DNA of 64,000 nucleotides from Rickettsiales bacterium (GTDB lineage Bacteria; Pseudomonadota; Alphaproteobacteria; Rickettsiales; SXRF01): NCBI GenBank assembly GCA_964231325.1, contig CAXRIF010000003.1, positions 1,234,325 to 1,298,324 of the forward strand, read 5' to 3'. Shown piece by piece: positions 58,158 to 64,000 of this stretch (position 1 is its first letter; each line of letters starts with the position of its first letter). The notes under the pieces were generated by a model. It saw only the letters and a program-made list of their open reading frames with translations, ran no database searches and was not told where the DNA came from. The position numbers and the translations under genes were made by a program.

Positions 58158-59632
58158 GGTTTCATTCCTACTTGCGTAATTAAATGTGCCATTGAGGCCT
58201 CCATTGCATGCAGATATGGCTGCGGATACAGACCAATCCACAAGACGAGCACGACCAGCGGCATGAAAATAACCAGCTCGCGCACATTCATATCCTTCAT
58301 GGCGCTCACCTGTGCATTAGTAATCTCACCGAATATTACACGGCGATAGAGCCACAGCATGTAGGCTGCACCAAGCACCACACCAGTTGTAGCTAAAAAA
58401 GCCACAAAAGTGTTGGCTTTGAAAGCCCCCATCAAAATCAGAAACTCACCCACAAAACCTGACGTAGCGGGCAAGCCAACGGAGGCCATGGTGAAGAACA
58501 TGAAATATTTTGCGTATTTTGGCATGACGTTCACCACACCGCCATAGCTCGCAATTTCGCGCGTGTGCATACGGTCATAGACCACGCCCACACAAAGGAA
58601 GAGCGCACCAGAGACAAGACCATGGCTAATCATCTGAATCACCGCACCTTGCAGACCTTGCATATTCATGGCGAAAATACCGATTGTGACAAAGCCCATA
58701 TGCGCCACCGACGAATAGGCAATCAGCTTTTTCATGTCGGTTTGTACGAGCGCAACCAGCGAGGTGTAAATCACCGCGATGATAGAGAGCGTGTAAATCA
58801 ACCAGGTAAAATGATGCGATGCTTCTGGCAGCATAGGAAGTGAGAAGCGAAGGAAACCATAGGCACCCATTTTCAGCAAAATACCGGCCAGGATCACCGA
58901 ACCTGCCGTCGGCGCTTGTACGTGTGCATCCGGCAACCAGGTATGCACCGGCCACATTGGCACTTTCACCGCAAACGACGCAAGCATGGCAAGCCATAGC
59001 CATTGTTGCACTTCAAGCGACAGCGATGGCGCTTGTTTCATCAGCTCAGGGATCGACGTGGTGTCGAACTGGATATACATGTAAATAATCGCAAGCAGGA
59101 ACAACACCGAACCTGCGAGCGTGTAGAGGAAGAATTTATAGGCCGCGTAAATACGGTTTTTGCCACCCCAGATACCAATGATAAGATACATCGGAATCAG
59201 CATACCTTCGAAGAAGAGGTAGAACATGATAGCATCAAGTGCACAGAACACACCGATTACCATCGCCTCTAGAATCAGGAAGTTCACCATAAAGGCACGT
59301 GTGCGCGTGGTGATGGATTCCCAGCTACATAAGATACAAATCGGCATCAGGAATGTGGTGAGCAACACCATGAAAAGTGAAATGCCATCAATACCCAGAT
59401 GGTAGGAGATATTCAGTCCGGCGAACCATTCATGTTTTTCAACAAACTGGAAATCTGCCGTGGAGGCGTCAAACCCTGTCCATGTCAGCAATGAAACGCC
59501 AAAAGTGATACAGGTGGTAAAGAGTGCGATATAGCGCGCTTCTTTAGCGGAGGTTTCATTCTCACCGCGTGCAAACACCATAATGGCCAGCGCGCCGATC
59601 AGTGGTAGGAGTATAAGTATTGTTAGTAGCAT
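58154..59632 (-). CDS. nuoM: NADH-quinone oxidoreductase subunit M
   Basis: 492 aa antiporter-like subunit (WLPDAHVQAPTAGSVILAGILLKMG). Confidence 0.95.
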   Translation of the reverse strand: MLLTILILLPLIGALAIMVFARGENETSAKEARYIALFTTCITFGVSLLTWTGFDASTADFQFVEKHEWFAGLNISYHLGIDGISLFMVLLTTFLMPICILCSWESITTRTRAFMVNFLILEAMVIGVFCALDAIMFYLFFEGMLIPMYLIIGIWGGKNRIYAAYKFFLYTLAGSVLFLLAIIYMYIQFDTTSIPELMKQAPSLSLEVQQWLWLAMLASFAVKVPMWPVHTWLPDAHVQAPTAGSVILAGILLKMGAYGFLRFSLPMLPEASHHFTWLIYTLSIIAVIYTSLVALVQTDMKKLIAYSSVAHMGFVTIGIFAMNMQGLQGAVIQMISHGLVSGALFLCVGVVYDRMHTREIASYGGVVNVMPKYAKYFMFFTMASVGLPATSGFVGEFLILMGAFKANTFVAFLATTGVVLGAAYMLWLYRRVIFGEITNAQVSAMKDMNVRELVIFMPLVVLVLWIGLYPQPYLHAMEASMAHLITQVGMKP

Positions 59633-59639
59633 TTATCCC

Positions 59640-61601
59640 TTATCCCCCAAAAAACACGACCCAGCTTATGACCGCCATGAAGCCAAGCAACATGACGAAA
59701 GCATAGTGATACACATAACCGGTTTGCAGCAGGCTAGTACGCGCGGCTGAAAGTTGCGCCACAAAAGCTGCCCCGTTTGGCCCCAAGCCATCGACAATTT
59801 TAACGTCCCAGAATTTCCAGAGGTATGTGCCGAAGCGTTTAGCAGGCTGCACGAACAGATAGTCATACAGCTCGTCGAAATACCATTTATTGAGAAGGAA
59901 GCGATACACGCCTGCAAAGCGCGATGCCAGTTTGGCCGGAGCTGCGGTGTTTACAATGTAGAAATACCAGGCCAGCGCAATCCCTGCTAAGCCTACGATT
60001 AATGGCAACACAGGCACCCAGCCCGGCACGTGATGTGCGTGCTCAAGTGCTTCATGCGAGGCAATGGTTGCTTGCCAGAAATTGCCTTCAGGCGAAACCA
60101 TACCGAACATATGGTAGCCCATCGCACCTGAGAACAGACTTCCGAATACAAGTAATAGCAGTGGTTTTAGCATAATCGGTGGTGATTCATGAACGTGACT
60201 CATCACCTCTTTAGACGCACGCGGCTTGCCATGGAAGGTCATAAATAACAAACGCCATGAATAAAATGCCGTCATGAAGGCAGCGGCGATACCAAGCCAG
60301 AAAGCATACGTGCCGATACCATGCGCGCCGTATGCCGCTTCTAAAATCATGTCCTTAGAGTAGTAGCCCGCGAAAAACGGAATCCCTGCAAGCGCCAGTG
60401 AGCCAACCCACATATAGCCATAGGTTACGGGCATTAATTTCCAGATGCCGCCCATTTTACGCATATCCTGCTCATCAGACATACCGTGAATCACCGAACC
60501 CGCCCCGAGGAAGAGCAGCGCCTTGAAGAATGCATGTGTCATCAAATGGAAGATGGCCGCCGCATACGCGCCCACGCCACATGCAAAGAACATGTAGCCC
60601 AGCTGCGAACAAGTAGAGTAAGCAATCACACGTTTGATATCATTTTGCACAAGCCCAACCGTAGCGGCAAAAAACGCAGTACATGCACCTACGATAGTCA
60701 CGACCATCAACGCCGTTTCTGAATGCTCGAACAACGGCGAACAACGCGCCACCATGAACACACCTGCCGTTACCATGGTTGCAGCATGGATAAGCGCGGA
60801 AACCGGTGTTGGCCCTTCCATCGCATCCGGCAGCCATGTATGCAGGCCGAGCTGTGCGGATTTACCCATCGCCCCGATGAAGAGCAAAATACAAATCAGA
60901 GTTAATGCGTGAAACTCCATGCCAAGGAACTGCATGCTGGCCATGGATTTGCTTTCGGCAGCACCGAAAATGACATCGAACTGTACGCTATCGAACAGCA
61001 CAAACACAGCGAAGATACCTAGCGCAAAACCAAAGTCACCCACGCGGTTTACAAGGAATGCCTTGATAGCGGCTGCATTGGCCGATGGTTTTTTGAACCA
61101 GAAACCAATGAGCAGATAGGAACACAGCCCCACCCCTTCCCAACCAAGGAAGAGTTGCACCAGATTATCAGACGTCACCAACATCAGCATGAAGAAGGTG
61201 AAGAGTGAGAGGTAGGCCATGAAACGCGGCTGGTGTTCATCGTGGCTCATATAGCCAACCGAATAGGTGTGTACCACCGCGGACACCCAGGTCACCACCA
61301 CGAGCATCACCGCTGTGAGCGCATCGACGCGCAACAGCCAGTTTACATTAAAATCGCCAGAGTTGATCCAGCTTGCGATGTTGACCTTGTGGACTATGCC
61401 CGCACCACCAAACAGATCGCGCCAGTCGCCATGCGACATACCGGCGGAAGCAAACTCCATGAACACAATACCCGAGCAAAGCGCCGCAAGAATCATTGCA
61501 CCACAGGTAATAATCTGTGCGGTACGTGGCTGCATGGTACGCACATTTGCCCCTACGATAAGGGCGGCAATTAACGGTGCGAATACAATAATCGAAATCA
61601 T
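59640..61601 (-). CDS. nuoL: NADH-quinone oxidoreductase subunit L
   Basis: 653 aa antiporter-like subunit with a long C-terminal lateral-helix region (WLPDAMEGPTPVSALIHAATMVTAG). Confidence 0.95.
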   Translation of the reverse strand: MISIIVFAPLIAALIVGANVRTMQPRTAQIITCGAMILAALCSGIVFMEFASAGMSHGDWRDLFGGAGIVHKVNIASWINSGDFNVNWLLRVDALTAVMLVVVTWVSAVVHTYSVGYMSHDEHQPRFMAYLSLFTFFMLMLVTSDNLVQLFLGWEGVGLCSYLLIGFWFKKPSANAAAIKAFLVNRVGDFGFALGIFAVFVLFDSVQFDVIFGAAESKSMASMQFLGMEFHALTLICILLFIGAMGKSAQLGLHTWLPDAMEGPTPVSALIHAATMVTAGVFMVARCSPLFEHSETALMVVTIVGACTAFFAATVGLVQNDIKRVIAYSTCSQLGYMFFACGVGAYAAAIFHLMTHAFFKALLFLGAGSVIHGMSDEQDMRKMGGIWKLMPVTYGYMWVGSLALAGIPFFAGYYSKDMILEAAYGAHGIGTYAFWLGIAAAFMTAFYSWRLLFMTFHGKPRASKEVMSHVHESPPIMLKPLLLLVFGSLFSGAMGYHMFGMVSPEGNFWQATIASHEALEHAHHVPGWVPVLPLIVGLAGIALAWYFYIVNTAAPAKLASRFAGVYRFLLNKWYFDELYDYLFVQPAKRFGTYLWKFWDVKIVDGLGPNGAAFVAQLSAARTSLLQTGYVYHYAFVMLLGFMAVISWVVFFGG

Positions 61602-61602
61602 A

Positions 61603-61929
61603 TTAGCCTTTCATCATATTCACATCTTCCACGGCGATAGAACCTCGCCCGCGGAAATAGATAACCAAAATAGCAAGCCCGATCGCAGCCTCTGCGGCGG
61701 CTACCGTGAGCACAAACACCGCAAATATCTGCCCCACCAGATCATTCAGCATAACCGAGAACGCCACAAAGTTGATGTTCACTGAAAGCAGAATCAACTC
61801 AATAGACATCAGGATGGTGATGATGTTTTTACGGTTCAGAAAAATGCCGCAAATGCCCAACGTGAAGAGCAGACTGGAAACGACGAGGTAGTGGATAATG
61901 CCGATATCACCAAAAAATACGTGATCCAT
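61603..61929 (-). CDS. nuoK: NADH-quinone oxidoreductase subunit K
   Basis: About 100 aa with 3 TM helices ([17 protein letters not shown]...[13 protein letters not shown]). Confidence 0.9.
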   Translation of the reverse strand: MDHVFFGDIGIIHYLVVSSLLFTLGICGIFLNRKNIITILMSIELILLSVNINFVAFSVMLNDLVGQIFAVFVLTVAAAEAAIGLAILVIYFRGRGSIAVEDVNMMKG

Positions 61930-62549
61930 TACGCCCCCTCACCCGGTTTGATTTTGACAATTTCCATAGATTCTTCGCGTTTGCGCGCTAGCTGCTGGCT
62001 GATATTTTGTTTGCGCACACCCGGGCGCGTACGCAGCGTCAGCACAATAGCACCGATCATCGCGATGAAAAGCACCACACCCGCCATCTGGAAAGGATAG
62101 ATATACCAAGTATACAGAATATCGCCGATGGCCTGCGTGTTAGTGATTTCTGCCGGATCTGGCGTCGCGTGTGTTGCTTCCATAATATCGGCTGGCGCAT
62201 TGAGCGAAATGGAGAACACGAACAGCAGCTCGAATAACACTATGCCTGCAACGGCAAGCCCCATTGGCAAATATTTCTGGAAGCCTTGGCGAAGCTCCGC
62301 AAAGTTGATATCCAGCATCATTACCACGAACAGGAACAACACCGCCACCGCACCGACATAAACAATGACCAACGTCATGGCGATATACTCTGCGCCGAGC
62401 AACACAAAAAGCCCCGCCGAATTGAAAAAGGCAAGGATCAAAAAGAACACCGAATGTACGGGGTTTTTGGAAATAATGACCGCCGCCGCCGAGCCAATGA
62501 CCGTGAGGGCGAACAGGTAAAATACGATTGTAGGAATAAGTTCTGCCAT
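61929..62549 (-). CDS. nuoJ: NADH-quinone oxidoreductase subunit J
   Basis: 206 aa membrane subunit, placed between nuoI and nuoK. Typical NuoJ N-terminus ([13 protein letters not shown]). Confidence 0.9.
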   Translation of the reverse strand: MAELIPTIVFYLFALTVIGSAAAVIISKNPVHSVFFLILAFFNSAGLFVLLGAEYIAMTLVIVYVGAVAVLFLFVVMMLDINFAELRQGFQKYLPMGLAVAGIVLFELLFVFSISLNAPADIMEATHATPDPAEITNTQAIGDILYTWYIYPFQMAGVVLFIAMIGAIVLTLRTRPGVRKQNISQQLARKREESMEIVKIKPGEGA

Positions 62550-62552
62550 AAT

Positions 62553-63041
62553 CTACCTATAGGGCGCATCCGCAATGAGGTTCGCGGCAATCGCCGATTC
62601 CCACTGCTCACCGTTAGCCAACAGTTTTTCTTTGTTGTAGAAAAGCTCTTCGCGCGTTTCGGCAGCGAATTCAAAATTCGGCCCCTCTACAATGGCATCC
62701 ACCGGGCAAGCCTCCTGACAAAAACCGCAATAGATGCATTTGGTCATATCGATGTCATAGCGCGTGGTGCGGCGTGATCCATCTTCGCGTTCTTCCGCCT
62801 CGATGCTGATAGCCTGCGCAGGGCAAATCGCCTCACAAAGCTTGCACGCGATGCAACGTTCTTCTCCATTCGCATAGCGACGCAGTGCGTGTTCACCACG
62901 AAAACGCGGGCTGAGCGGCCCCTTTTCATATGGGTAGTTGATCGTGACGGGCTTCTTGAACATGTATTTAAGCGTCATCGCAAAGCCTGAGACCAGCTCT
63001 GCTAGCAGAAATGAGCGGGCGGTTCTATCAAGCATTGACAT
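62553..63041 (-). CDS. nuoI: NADH-quinone oxidoreductase subunit I (2x[4Fe-4S] ferredoxin)
   Basis: Two CxxCxxCxxxCP motifs are present ([12 protein letters not shown] and [12 protein letters not shown]). Confidence 0.95.
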   Translation of the reverse strand: MSMLDRTARSFLLAELVSGFAMTLKYMFKKPVTINYPYEKGPLSPRFRGEHALRRYANGEERCIACKLCEAICPAQAISIEAEEREDGSRRTTRYDIDMTKCIYCGFCQEACPVDAIVEGPNFEFAAETREELFYNKEKLLANGEQWESAIAANLIADAPYR

Positions 63042-63651
63042 TGGACACTCCTATATTTTTTTTGCGGTGACGATACGCGTACCAGGCAACTAGCATTACC
63101 ACAGCGGCAACGCAAGCCGAGACGATATAAGGCATATATTCCTTAACTAAAGCTTTATTGTCACCGATCAAATAACCAACCACCAGCAAGGTGAGCATCC
63201 AGATGCTGCCACCGAGTGTGGTATAGACACAAAACTTTTTTAGATCCATATGAGCAAGACCTGCTGGAAACGAAATTACATGGCGCACGCCGGGAATCAA
63301 ACGGCTGGTAAAGATAGATACCTCACCATGTGTAGAAAAGAATTTGTCTAGCTTGGCCATTTTATCATTATCAAAGAACATGTATTTGCCATAAGCCGCG
63401 AGGAAACGGCGGCCATAATGATGCGCAATCCAGTAATTGATAAGCGAGCCAGCGAGTGTTCCCGTAATGCTACAGAACAACACAATCCAGAAATTCATTT
63501 TACCTTGTTGCACGAGATAACCCGCGGGCACCATAGTCACCTCACTCGGCACAGGTACGAACGTGCTTTCCAGCGCGGTCATAATGAAAATACCGATATA
63601 GCCAAAATGGTGGACAAATTCGACCAACCAATGAATTGCTTGTTCGATCAT
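63028..63651 (-). CDS. DedA-family membrane protein embedded in the nuo operon
   Basis: 207 aa with the DedA core ([18 protein letters not shown]...GRRFL...[18 protein letters not shown]). It overlaps the nuoH stop by 4 nt and the nuoI start by 14 nt. Confidence 0.8.
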   Translation of the reverse strand: MIEQAIHWLVEFVHHFGYIGIFIMTALESTFVPVPSEVTMVPAGYLVQQGKMNFWIVLFCSITGTLAGSLINYWIAHHYGRRFLAAYGKYMFFDNDKMAKLDKFFSTHGEVSIFTSRLIPGVRHVISFPAGLAHMDLKKFCVYTTLGGSIWMLTLLVVGYLIGDNKALVKEYMPYIVSACVAAVVMLVAWYAYRHRKKNIGVSNVNA

Positions 63652-64000
63652 AGTGCGCCACCTCCATAGACCACATAAGCTGAGGTAAGCACTACCCAGA
63701 ACAATGAAAGTGGCAGAAATATCTTCCAGCCAAGACGCATAAGCTGGTCATAACGATAACGTGGCAGGGTCGCACGCGACCAGATGAACACGAACAGGCA
63801 CAACAGAATTTTTACAATGAGCCATATGGGACCAGGAATGAATTCCAGCGCAGCAAATGGCGCCTGCCAACCGCCCAGGAACAGGATCGCCGTCATGCCG
63901 CTCATCAGGATCATGTTCATGTACTCGCCGAGGAAGAACAGCGCAAAAGTCATGGATGAATATTCCACGTTATAGCCCGACACCAGCTCAGCCTCCGCTT
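63648..64000 (-). CDS. nuoH: NADH-quinone oxidoreductase subunit H (3' part; 5' end beyond window)
   Basis: The frame stays open to the window edge: ...[29 protein letters not shown]... This is the conserved NuoH/ND1 C-terminal region. Confidence 0.9.
   Translation of the reverse strand, partial: AEAELVSGYNVEYSSMTFALFFLGEYMNMILMSGMTAILFLGGWQAPFAALEFIPGPIWLIVKILLCLFVFIWSRATLPRYRYDQLMRLGWKIFLPLSLFWVVLTSAYVVYGGGAL

Noticed and set aside
1-64000. Searched for mobile elements, CRISPR arrays, long direct or inverted repeats, integrases, and toxin-antitoxin or restriction/defence genes.
   Set aside because: No transposase, integrase or recombinase motifs, no spaced repeat arrays, and no recognisable defence-system domains were seen. 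The accessory content appears as isolated orphan genes rather than an island with mobility hallmarks.

Overview
This 64 kb window reads as a compact chromosomal backbone from an alphaproteobacterium, roughly 50% GC by eye. That assignment rests on gene content and synteny recalled from memory; no search was run. About 95% of the window is coding, and many co-directional genes have overlapping start and stop codons. I found no rRNA, tRNA, CRISPR array, transposase, integrase or phage gene.

Recognisable housekeeping content:
- Stress and signalling: htpG and a PAS-GGDEF cyclase.
- Lipid recycling: lplT-aas.
- Small-molecule metabolism: folE, argE, apaG, xseB-ispA and rpe.
- Energy: a split pntAA/pntAB/pntB transhydrogenase, a K+-independent H+-pyrophosphatase, and the distal complex I operon nuoH(partial)-I-J-K-L-M-N followed by birA-coaX-rnj.
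- DNA and RNA: rsmB, yacG, uvrD, comEC, dnaE.
- Translation: gltX, def-fmt-truA, proS.
- Folate supercluster: dapD-folC-folP-folK, pabC and pabB.
- Envelope and motility: motA, lolD-lolE.

Lineage-specific genes with no recognisable family sit between these blocks. The best candidate for an undescribed system is a tightly packed three-gene cluster (51249-53495, + strand). It encodes Gly/Ala-zipper hairpin membrane proteins with coiled-coil tails. It lies inside what I recall as a conserved rnj ... DUF1467-proS-lolED-dnaE block.

Other points worth a second look:
- An acid-ceramidase-like Ntn hydrolase that appears co-operonic with lplT-aas.
- A Sec-signal ankyrin-repeat protein with a poly-basic tail.
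- A DedA gene translationally coupled between nuoH and nuoI.
- A small membrane protein wedged between pntAB and pntB.
- An unlisted 46-codon DUF1674/SDHAF4-like ORF coupled to a membrane thioredoxin.
- A divergent ECF-like sigma factor coupled to yacG.
- A pair of about 26 nt palindromic elements bracketing the largest intergenic region.

All functional calls come from motif and family recognition by eye. Start codons are best guesses.
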